A stretch of DNA of 64,000 bases from an uncultured Pelagibacteraceae bacterium (GTDB taxonomy: Bacteria > Pseudomonadota > Alphaproteobacteria > Pelagibacterales > Pelagibacteraceae): positions 4,446 to 68,445 of the forward strand of contig CACPQM010000005.1 of NCBI GenBank assembly GCA_902636075.1, in the 5' to 3' direction. Below are positions 49,320 through 58,952 of the stretch, piece after piece. The notes beneath the pieces were generated by a model. That model searched no databases and was not told the origin of the DNA. It was given only the letters and a program-made list of their open reading frames with translations. Both the position numbers and the translations under genes were made by a program. Each line of letters opens with the position of its first letter. The stretch's first letter is position 1.

Positions 49320-50263
49320 TTAATATTGGAAATTAAATTTTGAGTTTCCATCTCATACAACTTAAAAATAGTTTCTGCATCTTTTAAATTAATTTCTTTA
49401 AATTTAATTTTTGATCCTGGAGGTATTTGTACTAATTTGTCATAATCAGCACTTATTACAACTCCAATCTTAGGGTAACCCCCTATAGTTCCATGATCAG
49501 ATAGCATAATTATTGGATCCCCATCTGCAGTGATTTGGATAACACCCTTCACTAATCCTTCTGACTTTATATTTGTATTTTTAATATTATTAATCTTAGG
49601 TCCTTTAAGTCTTATTCCCATACGATCACTTAATTTGGTTACATTAAATTCATCACTTAAAAATGAATCTATTGCATCCTTTGAAAAATAATCAAAATGG
49701 GGTCCTTTTATTATTCTAATATTTTCAATTTTTGAATTTAGGTATTCTATTTTATTTTTTGGCAGGATTTTTTTTATATTTTTTAAATGAATTATTTGTC
49801 CTTTCTCAAGTTTTTCCCCACTATTTGCGCCAATTTTAGCTTTAGTATTTGTAGAACAACTATTTAAATAATAATCTACCTCAAATGTGCCTCCAATAGA
49901 TAAATAACCATATACTGATCGATTAGTAGACAGTATATCTAAGCAATCATTATTCTCTAAAATTATATTTTCGTAACAACTAAATTCTAAATTTTTGTTT
50001 TTTCTTATAATTTTAAAATTAACATCTCCAGTAACATTGATGGAGATATTTTCTCCTATATATTTCAATTTTGGACCTTGATATGCAAATTCTAGGACCG
50101 GATTATTTATTTCATTGTTTGAAATGGTATTTGCTAATAAAAAATTCCTATTATCCATTGCTCCACTAAAAGGTATACCTATATGATAAAAATTATTTCT
50201 ACCATTGTCTTGAAATGTAGAATTGATACCTGGTCGTAATACCTCAAAATAGTTTTTATTCAT
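49316..50263 (-). CDS. pxpC: 5-oxoprolinase subunit C (AHS2/KipA family)
   Basis: QD.GR, SGAMD, SDRMG.RL and GTIGGYPKI motifs. Confidence 0.88.
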   Translation of the reverse strand: MNKNYFEVLRPGINSTFQDNGRNNFYHIGIPFSGAMDNRNFLLANTISNNEINNPVLEFAYQGPKLKYIGENISINVTGDVNFKIIRKNKNLEFSCYENIILENNDCLDILSTNRSVYGYLSIGGTFEVDYYLNSCSTNTKAKIGANSGEKLEKGQIIHLKNIKKILPKNKIEYLNSKIENIRIIKGPHFDYFSKDAIDSFLSDEFNVTKLSDRMGIRLKGPKINNIKNTNIKSEGLVKGVIQITADGDPIIMLSDHGTIGGYPKIGVVISADYDKLVQIPPGSKIKFKEINLKDAETIFKLYEMETQNLISNIK

Positions 50264-50930
50264 ATTTTTTTTCATACTCTAGTTTAGAAATTGGGTAAAA
50301 TGATATTGTATCACCTGGATTGATTAGATTAGGTTCAGTATTTTTTTTATTATCAAAAATATCAACTGGTGTCTTACCAATTATATTCCAACCACCTGGA
50401 CTTTCAAAAGTATAAATATTACAAAATTGCTCTGTTATACCGATGGAATTTTTTGGGACCTTAACTCTTGGTGTTTCTAAGCGCTTTACAAAAAGAGATT
50501 TATCCATATCTCCTAAGAATGGCATTCCCGCAATAAAACCTGTCATATAACAATAATAATTTTTAGAAAAGAATGTTTCATAAATTTTTGCTTCATTTAT
50601 CTTTAATAATTTTTGTAAACGTTTTATATCTAGTGCAAACTCCTCTGCGCAACAAACTGGGATTTTAATAAGATTATTTTTTGAATTATTATTTTTTTTT
50701 AACTCTAAATTTTCAACTTGTTTTTTTAATTTAGCAAAACTCGTAAGTTTTAAATCGAAACTAATTACTAGTTTATTATAACTAGGTGTAATATTTGTAA
50801 TACCTAAAAAATTACTATCTCTTAAATTGTTAAAATAATTTATAACATTTCTGTTAATTTCTTTATTTACCTCAGTACCAAAGTCACAGTATAATGCTGC
50901 GTCACCAAGATTTGATATATTTTTAATCAT
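50256..50930 (-). CDS. pxpB: 5-oxoprolinase subunit B (AHS1/KipI family)
   Basis: GF.AG.P.L, R..TPR.KVP and SPGGWNIIG.TP motifs. Confidence 0.9.
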   Translation of the reverse strand: MIKNISNLGDAALYCDFGTEVNKEINRNVINYFNNLRDSNFLGITNITPSYNKLVISFDLKLTSFAKLKKQVENLELKKNNNSKNNLIKIPVCCAEEFALDIKRLQKLLKINEAKIYETFFSKNYYCYMTGFIAGMPFLGDMDKSLFVKRLETPRVKVPKNSIGITEQFCNIYTFESPGGWNIIGKTPVDIFDNKKNTEPNLINPGDTISFYPISKLEYEKKYE

Positions 50931-50957
50931 GTCATGTTATACTTTAAGCTTTATAGT

Positions 50958-51731
50958 ATGGAAATTAATTTAAATTGTGATTTAGGTGAAAAATCAAAGC
51001 ATCATTCAAATGAGAATGATCCCAATTTACTCAAAATAGTAAACTCTGCAAATGTGGCTTGTGGGTACCACGCTGGAGATGAGGAAACTATGAGAGAAGT
51101 TGTAGAGATTTCAAAGCAAAATAATGTAAGTATTGGTGCACATCCATCATTCAATGATCCAGAGAACTTCGGAAGAAAACGGATTAATCTTGGTGCTGAT
51201 GAGATTTCTAGGCTTTTAATAGATCAATATGAAATTTTGCAAAATATTGCCATTAAATTAGATGAAAAGGTTTCTCATATTAAACCACATGGAGCTTTGA
51301 ATAATATGGCTTGTGAGGACCTTGAACTGGCAACAATTTTGGCAAAAACTATTTATAGTATTGATAAAGATATAATTTATTTAGTACCAACAGGTTCAAA
51401 AATGGAAATTGCAGCTAAAAAATTAAATATGAAAATTGCATGTGAAATTTTTGCAGATAGAAATTATGAAGACGATGGAACACTTGTATCAAGAAGTAAG
51501 GATCATGCCCTAATAACCGACCCTGAGCGAGCTAAAGAGCACGTATTCAATATGGTAAAAAACCAAACTCTTAATTGTCACAGTGGAAAACAAATACCTT
51601 GTGAAATCGATTCAATTTGCATACATGGAGATAACGCAAGTTCTCTTTCTACTGCAAAACAAGTAAGAGAAAATTTGATAAAAAATAATTTAGAATTAAA
51701 GCCTCTAAATAAAATGAAAAAATTTATATAA
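50958..51731 (+). CDS. pxpA: 5-oxoprolinase subunit A (LamB/YcsF)
   Basis: LNCDLGE, ANVACGYHAGD, GAHP, HIKPHGALNN, EIFADR and CIHGD motifs; start MEINLNCD at 50958. Confidence 0.94.
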   Translation: MEINLNCDLGEKSKHHSNENDPNLLKIVNSANVACGYHAGDEETMREVVEISKQNNVSIGAHPSFNDPENFGRKRINLGADEISRLLIDQYEILQNIAIKLDEKVSHIKPHGALNNMACEDLELATILAKTIYSIDKDIIYLVPTGSKMEIAAKKLNMKIACEIFADRNYEDDGTLVSRSKDHALITDPERAKEHVFNMVKNQTLNCHSGKQIPCEIDSICIHGDNASSLSTAKQVRENLIKNNLELKPLNKMKKFI

Positions 51732-51733
51732 TT

Positions 51734-52213
51734 ATGATTAAAAAAATATTTACTCTTTTCATATTCTTTTTTTTAACTGTTGAAACTTTTGCTGCTGGAA
51801 CAAGTTCATCAGATAAAAAACCGAGCTATAAAAATGCTGTGAAAATAATTGAAGCAGCTAAGAAATATGAATCCAAAAATAAAATGGATAAAGCATTAAA
51901 AAGATACGAAAAAGCTCAAAAAATTTTATTAAAACTCGACAAAGAAAAGCCCTTACAAGCTGATACACTAAACTACCTGGGTTTTACAACTAGAAAACTT
52001 GGGGACTTTGAAGCAGGAGAGAAATATTACTTACTAGGACTACAAGTTGAACCAAATCATGTTGGAATAAATGAATACTTAGGTGAATTATATGTCGTTA
52101 CAAACAGAATAGATTTAGCAAAAGAAAGACTAGAAGTTTTAAAAGGTTGTAATTGTGAAGAGTATCAAGAATTAAAAGAAATTATAGACGGATCAAAAAA
52201 ATCAAAATATTAG
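51734..52213 (+). CDS. Exported tetratricopeptide-repeat protein
   Basis: Signal peptide; AD.LNYLGF..RK.G and EYLGELY TPR motifs. Confidence 0.8.
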   Translation: MIKKIFTLFIFFFLTVETFAAGTSSSDKKPSYKNAVKIIEAAKKYESKNKMDKALKRYEKAQKILLKLDKEKPLQADTLNYLGFTTRKLGDFEAGEKYYLLGLQVEPNHVGINEYLGELYVVTNRIDLAKERLEVLKGCNCEEYQELKEIIDGSKKSKY

Positions 52214-53520
52214 TTTATATTTTGAATCATTTGCTCAGGCATCCATAAGGCTATTTGAGGAAACAAGACAATTAAGATTACCGCAAATATCATCAACAAG
52301 AATAACGGAAATGCACTCTTGGCGATGTAGCCCATATCTTTGTTAGCCATACCTTGCAAAACAAATAAATTAAATCCAACTGGAGGGGTAATTTGAGCCA
52401 TTTCAACAACTATAACTAAAAATATACCAAACCAAATCATATCAAAACCAGCCTGCCTTATCATAGGTTCGATAATAGCCATTGTAAGTACAACTGCTGA
52501 TATTCCATCAAGAAACATCCCTAAAATTATATAAAAAATCATTAATACGAAAATTAAAACATATGGTGATAATTCCATATTTTGTATCCAAATTGCTAGA
52601 TTTCTAGGAAGACCAGTAAATCCCATGGCGAGTGATAAAAATGTTGCTCCAGCTAGTATGAATGCAATCATGCACGAGGTTTTTGTTGCACCAAGTAAAG
52701 ATTCTTTAAAGGTTTTTAAGTTCAAACTTTTTTGAAAATAAGAAAGTATTAAAGCTCCCACAACACCCAGAGATGCCGCTTCAGTTGCTGTTGCAATTCC
52801 AGTATAAATAGAGCCAATTACACCAAGGATTAATAAAATTACAGGTATTAACTGTTTTGATTTACTTAATTTATTTAAAAATGAGTAATTTTCTTCATTT
52901 AACGGCATTTTATTTTTATTTAACAAAGACCAAATGATTACATAGCCCATAAAAATCAGAGCAATCATTATTCCAGGAATTATTCCAGCTATAAATAGTT
53001 TAGCAATAGACTCTTGAACAGTTACTCCATAAATAATTAGAATAATTGAAGGAGGGATTAGTAATCCTAAAGTTCCAGAGCCCGCAAGACTTCCAAGTAA
53101 AATTTTTTCAGGATATTTTCTTTTTCTTAACTCTGGAATTGACATTTTTCCAACCGTAGCGACTGTTGCAGCTGAGGATCCAGATATAGCTGCAAACAAT
53201 GCACATCCAACAACATTGACATGTATCAAACCTCCAGGAAGTTTCTGTAACCAAGGAGCCAGTCCCTCAAATAAATTTTCAGATAATTTAGTCCTAAATA
53301 AAATTTCTCCCATCCATACAAAAAGAGGCAAAGCAGTCAGAGTCCATGATGATGATGCACCCCAAATTGTTGTGGCCATCGCATCTCCAACTGGTCGAGA
53401 AGTAAATAAAATCATTCCAATAGAAGAAACACCAATCATGCTTATTGCTACCCATATTCCAGAGCTTAAAAAAAGTAGTAAAACTGTAATAAAAAAAATA
53501 GCTAATAAAATTTCAATCAT
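52210..53520 (-). CDS. dctM: TRAP transporter large permease
   Basis: SGSSAAT, GTLGLLIPPS, ATATEAA and ITPPVG.NLF motifs. Confidence 0.95.
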   Translation of the reverse strand: MIEILLAIFFITVLLLFLSSGIWVAISMIGVSSIGMILFTSRPVGDAMATTIWGASSSWTLTALPLFVWMGEILFRTKLSENLFEGLAPWLQKLPGGLIHVNVVGCALFAAISGSSAATVATVGKMSIPELRKRKYPEKILLGSLAGSGTLGLLIPPSIILIIYGVTVQESIAKLFIAGIIPGIMIALIFMGYVIIWSLLNKNKMPLNEENYSFLNKLSKSKQLIPVILLILGVIGSIYTGIATATEAASLGVVGALILSYFQKSLNLKTFKESLLGATKTSCMIAFILAGATFLSLAMGFTGLPRNLAIWIQNMELSPYVLIFVLMIFYIILGMFLDGISAVVLTMAIIEPMIRQAGFDMIWFGIFLVIVVEMAQITPPVGFNLFVLQGMANKDMGYIAKSAFPLFLLMIFAVILIVLFPQIALWMPEQMIQNIN

Positions 53521-53998
53521 TATTATAAATTTTTAAGATTAGTAGATGAAAGGCACATATAAAAAAAAGTGTTGCTCCAATAGCGACGCTACATTGAGGT
53601 ATCCATATTAAAATTTCATCAGCACCTTCACTTCTTTCCTCAAACTCGTATGAGATTTTTAACATTTTGATAAAATAATATGACATATAACCTGCAAATA
53701 TTGTTGTGACGACTAAGCTCCAAACTTCTAAAAATTTTTTTTTAAAACCTGTAGACTTTTCTAAAAATAATGTGATTCTTATATGACCACCATTTACGAA
53801 TGTATATGAAAGAGCAAAAAAAGATGAGGCAGCCATACAATACCCTGAGTATTCAGCTAACCCCCTTATATAAAAACCGAAAATTCTAGATGCAATCCCG
53901 GTTAATATAAAAACTGCAATAAGAATTAAAAAAACTGCAGCTATATATCCTGAATAATTATAAATACTATTTAATGATTTATTTAATTTCTGTAACAT
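53513..53998 (-). CDS. dctQ: TRAP transporter small permease
   Basis: 4 TM, GGHIRI motif; between dctP and dctM. Confidence 0.92.
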   Translation of the reverse strand: MLQKLNKSLNSIYNYSGYIAAVFLILIAVFILTGIASRIFGFYIRGLAEYSGYCMAASSFFALSYTFVNGGHIRITLFLEKSTGFKKKFLEVWSLVVTTIFAGYMSYYFIKMLKISYEFEERSEGADEILIWIPQCSVAIGATLFFICAFHLLILKIYNND

Positions 53999-54031
53999 AA
54001 AAAAGGCTGTTTTTTAAACAGCCTTTTTTAT
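53997..54031 (-). terminator. Intercistronic intrinsic terminator or mRNA-stabilising hairpin between dctP and dctQ
   Basis: Perfect 16-bp inverted repeat ATAAAAAAGGCTGTTT-ttt-AAACAGCCTTTTTTAT; U6 tract runs into the dctQ AUG. Confidence 0.8.
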
Positions 54032-54041
54032 TATATTTTTT

Positions 54042-55013
54042 TTATTTGTATGCGGCAAGTACGCTAGCACCTGTTTTGCCAGCTTTTTTCTTCCATTCTT
54101 TTGCCATTTTTTTTCCAACTTTTTGGAAATGTTTTTCTAAATCAGCATTTACTTTGCCTACTACCATTCCTGCAGCAGCTAGAGCTTTTTTATCTTCAAT
54201 ATTTCCAACTCTAGAAAGCATCCAGCCTTTTTCTTCTGCAGCAGCAGCTTCTTTTTTAATTAATTGTTGAGTATCTGCATCTAACTTATTCCAAGATCCT
54301 CTATGCGCAACAACCATATTTTTTGGGAACCAAGCAGCGATGTCATAGAAATATTTAACACCGTTCTCCCATATTTTGCTATTTTTGCCAGTTGTTGGAG
54401 ATGTAATCATACTTTCGACTGCACCTGTTGAAAATGCTTGACTGATTTCAGCCGCCTCAATTTTAGTTGGAGCCATACCTGTAAGCTCTGCAATTCTAAT
54501 TGTTGCAGAATTATAAGCTCTAAATTTTAAACCTTCTAGATCTGAAACACTATTGATTTCATTTTTGCTATATAGTCCTTGTGCAGGCCATGGCACAGCA
54601 TATAAAAATACTAATCCTTTTTGGTTTAAACTTTCAATGATTGCTGGCTTTGAAGCTTGATAAAGTTTCATAGCATCGTCATATGAAGTTGCTAAAAAAG
54701 GTTGTGAGTCAATTTCAAGAATAGGGTCAACTTTTCCTAATGCAGACATAAATCTTTCACCCATCTGTGCTTGACCAGTTCTTACCGCTCTAAAGATTTC
54801 TCCACCTTTAAATAATGATCCACCAGGATGTGTAACTATTGTAAGTTTTCCTCCACTTTTCTCTGAAACATTTTTAGCAAATTCTGCTGCATTTGCTGAG
54901 TGAAAGTTGCTCGCACCATAAGCTAAAGCCATATCCCACTTTTCAGAAGCATTTACATTTGCTATTAACAAGACAGAAAATAAAATAGAAAACAAAGTTT
55001 TTAAAATTTTCAT
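54042..55013 (-). CDS. dctP: TRAP substrate-binding protein (DctP6/DctP7-like; probably pyroglutamate)
   Basis: Signal peptide; DS.PFLA.S, PWP.QG.Y, G.KFRAY and QAFSTG motifs; SD AGGAGGA upstream. Confidence 0.92.
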   Translation of the reverse strand: MKILKTLFSILFSVLLIANVNASEKWDMALAYGASNFHSANAAEFAKNVSEKSGGKLTIVTHPGGSLFKGGEIFRAVRTGQAQMGERFMSALGKVDPILEIDSQPFLATSYDDAMKLYQASKPAIIESLNQKGLVFLYAVPWPAQGLYSKNEINSVSDLEGLKFRAYNSATIRIAELTGMAPTKIEAAEISQAFSTGAVESMITSPTTGKNSKIWENGVKYFYDIAAWFPKNMVVAHRGSWNKLDADTQQLIKKEAAAAEEKGWMLSRVGNIEDKKALAAAGMVVGKVNADLEKHFQKVGKKMAKEWKKKAGKTGASVLAAYK

Positions 55014-55127
55014 TAATCCTCCTTAATTTTTAAAAAATACATCTCATTATGTATTATTTATTAAATCAATAAAAATTTTCCCATGTTTTATTGAAAAATT
55101 TGAAATTGTTACTATTATATTGTTATC

Positions 55128-55742
55128 TTGATCGAAGAAGCCCTTATTTTACTGCAAATTATCTTTATAGATATTATATTGGCAGCTGATAACGCCATAA
55201 TAATTGGTCTAATTGCAGCTAATTTTGTCCCAAAGAATAGAAAAAAAATCATATTTTGGGGAGTGGTCGGAGCTTTAATTTTTAAAGTTTTATTCGCAGT
55301 ATTTGCGACCTATTTATTCAAATTTTACTTCATAAAAATTCTTGGAGGTTTGCTTCTAATTTGGATAGTAAATGATCTTAGAAAAGATCTTTTACAAGCT
55401 CAGAGACAAATTAAATCACCAACAAAAAAATCCTTAGAACCTTCATTTGCAAAGGGTATGTATAAAGTGCTTTTCGCAGATATAACAATTAGTTTTGATA
55501 ATGTTATAGGTGTTGTCGGTGCTTCTAAGGGTAACTTTGGGTTTATGATTTTTGGTTTAATTTTATCTGTAGTCCTCACAGGTGCTATGGCCACTTATTT
55601 AGCAAATTATATTCAGAAACATTTATGGGTCGTCTATATTGGAATAGCAGTTATTCTTATACTTGCAATACAGCTTATTATTGGTGGACTTGTAGATTTA
55701 GAAATTCTAAAAATTAATGAGGAATTTAAAAAGTATTTTTAG
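55128..55742 (+). CDS. TerC/YjbE family membrane protein
   Basis: IDIILAADNA and ADITISFDNV motifs; TTG start. Confidence 0.88.
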   Translation: MIEEALILLQIIFIDIILAADNAIIIGLIAANFVPKNRKKIIFWGVVGALIFKVLFAVFATYLFKFYFIKILGGLLLIWIVNDLRKDLLQAQRQIKSPTKKSLEPSFAKGMYKVLFADITISFDNVIGVVGASKGNFGFMIFGLILSVVLTGAMATYLANYIQKHLWVVYIGIAVILILAIQLIIGGLVDLEILKINEEFKKYF

Positions 55743-56518
55743 TAAGAATGCTTTAATGATGGATATGAACCTCTTTTCACATCTGACCCAAATTTTTTAA
55801 CTGCATTTCTAATATTACTTTTAAAATTAGCATATTTCTTAACAAATTTTATTTTACTATTAGTCAAACCTAATAAATCGTCTAAAACTAAAATCTGACC
55901 ATCACAAAACTTTGATGATCCAATTCCTATTGTTGGAATTTCAATCGTCTCAGTAATTTTTTTTGAAAGTTTTTTCTCAATACATTCTAGTACAATAGCA
56001 AAAACACCTGCCTCTTCTAAGATTTTTGAATCTTTTAATAAATTTTTTTTTTCTTTTTCAGTCTTACCTTTATATCTAAATCTACCTCTTTGAGATTGTG
56101 GAGTTATACCTATGTGACCCATTACTGGAATTTTATTATTTACTAAATGTTTAATTATATCTTTGATCTTACTACCTCCTTCTAATTTGACACCATCACA
56201 TTTTGTTTCTTTAATTATTTTTTTACAATTTTTTAGCGCCTGAAATTTATTTTTATAAGTATTAAATGGCATATCTACAATCATTAAACTTTTTTTTACT
56301 CCTTTTCTTACACTTTTAGAATGTTCAATCATCATAGATAGATTTACTTTTCTTGTTGTATCAAAATTATATAAAACAGAACCCAAGGAATCTCCAACGA
56401 GTACAAGGTCTGTGTATTTATCAACTTCTTCAGCAATATTTTTTGAGTAGGCTGTTAAACAGACTATTTTTGACTTATTTTTTTTTTTTAATATAAGCCT
56501 ACTTATTTTCGAAGGCAT
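55739..56518 (-). CDS. panB: 3-methyl-2-oxobutanoate hydroxymethyltransferase
   Basis: LTAY, LVGDSLG, DMPF, VKLEGG, GHIG.TPQ and PTIGIG motifs. Confidence 0.96.
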   Translation of the reverse strand: MPSKISRLILKKKNKSKIVCLTAYSKNIAEEVDKYTDLVLVGDSLGSVLYNFDTTRKVNLSMMIEHSKSVRKGVKKSLMIVDMPFNTYKNKFQALKNCKKIIKETKCDGVKLEGGSKIKDIIKHLVNNKIPVMGHIGITPQSQRGRFRYKGKTEKEKKNLLKDSKILEEAGVFAIVLECIEKKLSKKITETIEIPTIGIGSSKFCDGQILVLDDLLGLTNSKIKFVKKYANFKSNIRNAVKKFGSDVKRGSYPSLKHSY

Positions 56519-56527
56519 AAATATTTA

Positions 56528-56947
56528 TTACCAAGTGCCTGTATTTTCCATAGATTTCCATGGCTCTATTGGTTCCAAGTAGCCATCTTGAAGTATTTCA
56601 ACAGAAATTTTATCTGGAGATCTAACAAATGCCATATGACCATCTCTTGGTGGTCTGTTAATTGTATAACCCATGTCTCTTAATCTTTGACAAGTCTCAT
56701 ATATATTTTCAACTCTGTACGCCAAATGTCCAAAGTTTCTTGAACCATCACCCAAACTATCTCCATCCCAATTGTATGTTAATTCTATTTCAGCTTTCTC
56801 ATCATCTGGAGCAGCAAGAAATACTAAAGTATACCTGCCCTTTTCACTGTCTTTTCTTCTTGTTTCTTTAAGACCTAACCCTTCACAGAAAAATCTTAAT
56901 GACTCGTCTATGTTTGAGACTCTAATCATTGTGTGTAAATATTTCAT
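56528..56947 (-). CDS. gloA: Lactoylglutathione lyase (glyoxalase I, VOC family)
   Basis: YLHTMIRV, ELTYNWD, RNFGHLA and PRDG.MAFVRSPD motifs. Confidence 0.88.
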   Translation of the reverse strand: MKYLHTMIRVSNIDESLRFFCEGLGLKETRRKDSEKGRYTLVFLAAPDDEKAEIELTYNWDGDSLGDGSRNFGHLAYRVENIYETCQRLRDMGYTINRPPRDGHMAFVRSPDKISVEILQDGYLEPIEPWKSMENTGTW

Positions 56948-56969
56948 ATAGGTTACTTATATAGTCTTA

Positions 56970-58532
56970 TTATTCCAATTCAATAGTGCTCGGTGGCTTA
57001 GAAGTAATATCATAAACTACTCTATTAATACCTCTTATATTATTTACAATTTGATTAGATACTGTTTGCATAAAAGATTTATTAAATTGAAAGAAATCAG
57101 CTGTCATTCCATCTTCTGATGTAATTGCCCTTAAAAGACAAAGAAACTCATAAGTTCTATTATCTCCCATTACACCAACTGTTTTTACAGGAAGTAATGC
57201 AGCATAAGCCTGCCAAATCTTGTTATATAGGTTATTTTCTTTTAAAGAATTGATAAAATAATTATCAGCCTCTTTTAAAATGTTTATTTTTTCTTTAGTT
57301 ATTATGCCAGGCATTCTTATTGCAAGGCCTGGTCCTGGAAATGGATGTCTAGAAATTATTTCATTACTCAATCCTAGTTCTGATCCTAACTTTCTAACCT
57401 CATCTTTAAAAAGGTATTTTAGTGGTTCTACTAATTGAAGTTTCATTTTTTTTGGCAAACCGCCTACATTATGATGTGATTTAATTTTTGAAGTTTGACT
57501 TCCAGTCACAGATTTACTTTCAATTAAATCGGGATACAAAGTTCCTTGAGCCAAAAATTTTACATTTTTAATTTTATTTGCATATTTTTCAAATATTTTA
57601 ATAAAAAGATTTCCTATTATTTTTCTTTTTTTTTCTGGATCAGATATATTTTTTAATTTTGATAAAAATAAATTTTCAGCATTCACATAAATTAGATTAA
57701 TTTTAAATTTCTTTTTGAATGTATTTACAACTTGCTGTTCCTCATTTTTCCTAAGTAGTCCTGTATTGACAAAGATGCATGTTAATTTTTTTCCTATTGC
57801 ATTTGATAATAATTTAGCGACTACGCTGCTATCAACACCTCCAGATAATGCACAAATAACCTTCGAATTTCGTACTCTATTTCTTACTTCATTTATTAAC
57901 TTTGTTTTCTGATCTTTTGCTGACCAATTTTTATTTAATTTACAAATAGAAAATAAAAAATTTTTTAGTATTAATTTTCCTTTAATTGTATGACTTACCT
58001 CTGGGTGAAATTGAATACCAAACATTTTTTTTTCTAAATTTTCAATTATGCACATCTTAGAATTGTTACTTTGTGCAATTATTTTGAAGTTTTTTGGTAA
58101 TTTTGTTACTTGATCAGCATGACTCATCCAAACATTATTTTTTCCTTTAGAAAAAAAATTTTTTGTTAACTTACTTTTTTTAATTTCTTTTACCTCTGCT
58201 AGTCCAAATTCTCTATATTTTGAATTTCTTACACTTCCACCCATTGTTTTTGAAATTATTTGATGTCCAAAACAAATACCTAGTACAGGAGTCCCTAATT
58301 TAAGAAGTTTACTATTAAACTTTACTTTTTTACTTTCATAAACATTCAATGGGCCACCAGATAAAACAATACCTTTGATATTTTTTTCAAAATTTTGGAA
58401 CTTTTCTATTTTTTTGTGACTTATAATTTCACAATAAACTCCCAGTTCCCTTATTTTTCTTGCGATTAATTGTGTAAATTGAGAACCAAAGTCTACAATA
58501 AGTATCTTATTGAGAGTTTCCTCAAGACGCAT
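56970..58532 (-). CDS. guaA: GMP synthase (glutamine-hydrolysing)
   Basis: [31 protein letters not shown] and KPPSTIE motifs. Confidence 0.99.
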   Translation of the reverse strand: MRLEETLNKILIVDFGSQFTQLIARKIRELGVYCEIISHKKIEKFQNFEKNIKGIVLSGGPLNVYESKKVKFNSKLLKLGTPVLGICFGHQIISKTMGGSVRNSKYREFGLAEVKEIKKSKLTKNFFSKGKNNVWMSHADQVTKLPKNFKIIAQSNNSKMCIIENLEKKMFGIQFHPEVSHTIKGKLILKNFLFSICKLNKNWSAKDQKTKLINEVRNRVRNSKVICALSGGVDSSVVAKLLSNAIGKKLTCIFVNTGLLRKNEEQQVVNTFKKKFKINLIYVNAENLFLSKLKNISDPEKKRKIIGNLFIKIFEKYANKIKNVKFLAQGTLYPDLIESKSVTGSQTSKIKSHHNVGGLPKKMKLQLVEPLKYLFKDEVRKLGSELGLSNEIISRHPFPGPGLAIRMPGIITKEKINILKEADNYFINSLKENNLYNKIWQAYAALLPVKTVGVMGDNRTYEFLCLLRAITSEDGMTADFFQFNKSFMQTVSNQIVNNIRGINRVVYDITSKPPSTIELE

Positions 58533-58950
58533 CTTTTATCTCAAAATCCTTTAATCGACTTTCTATTGAAGCAATTTTTTCACACATATCTACACAAATT
58601 TTCTTAAAATCTTCACTTAATTCATCTGCTTTTGAAAAGTTTGATCTTTCTAACTCCATATCAATTAAAAGGTACATTGCTTCTTCGTTCTTAGGATCTA
58701 AAAGTAAAGTAGTTCTTATATTTTTTTCTTCTTGTCTTTTATCATCTTCAATTTTAAAAATTTTAGCTAAATAAAGGTAAGATACCGAGTCTTTTGGGTT
58801 ATAAACTATGTTTCTATGAAATAAAAATTTTGAATCTTCATATTTTTCTTTATCGAATAAATCTTTAGCTTGATTAAAAAAATTATTTTCATTTGTCTTA
58901 GCAACAGTACTAACTAAAAGAAATGTTAAAATTAAAATTAAGTATCTCAT
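58522..58950 (-). CDS. Exported TPR-like hypothetical protein
   Basis: Signal peptide; SYLYLAKI and LLLDP.NEEA TPR pattern. Confidence 0.7.
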   Translation of the reverse strand: MRYLILILTFLLVSTVAKTNENNFFNQAKDLFDKEKYEDSKFLFHRNIVYNPKDSVSYLYLAKIFKIEDDKRQEEKNIRTTLLLDPKNEEAMYLLIDMELERSNFSKADELSEDFKKICVDMCEKIASIESRLKDFEIKDAS

Positions 58951-58952
58951 AA

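Noticed and set aside
49316-50930. Annotation as allophanate hydrolase / urea amidolyase subunits
   Set aside because: The adjacent LamB/YcsF (pxpA) gene and the absence of urea carboxylase favour 5-oxoprolinase.
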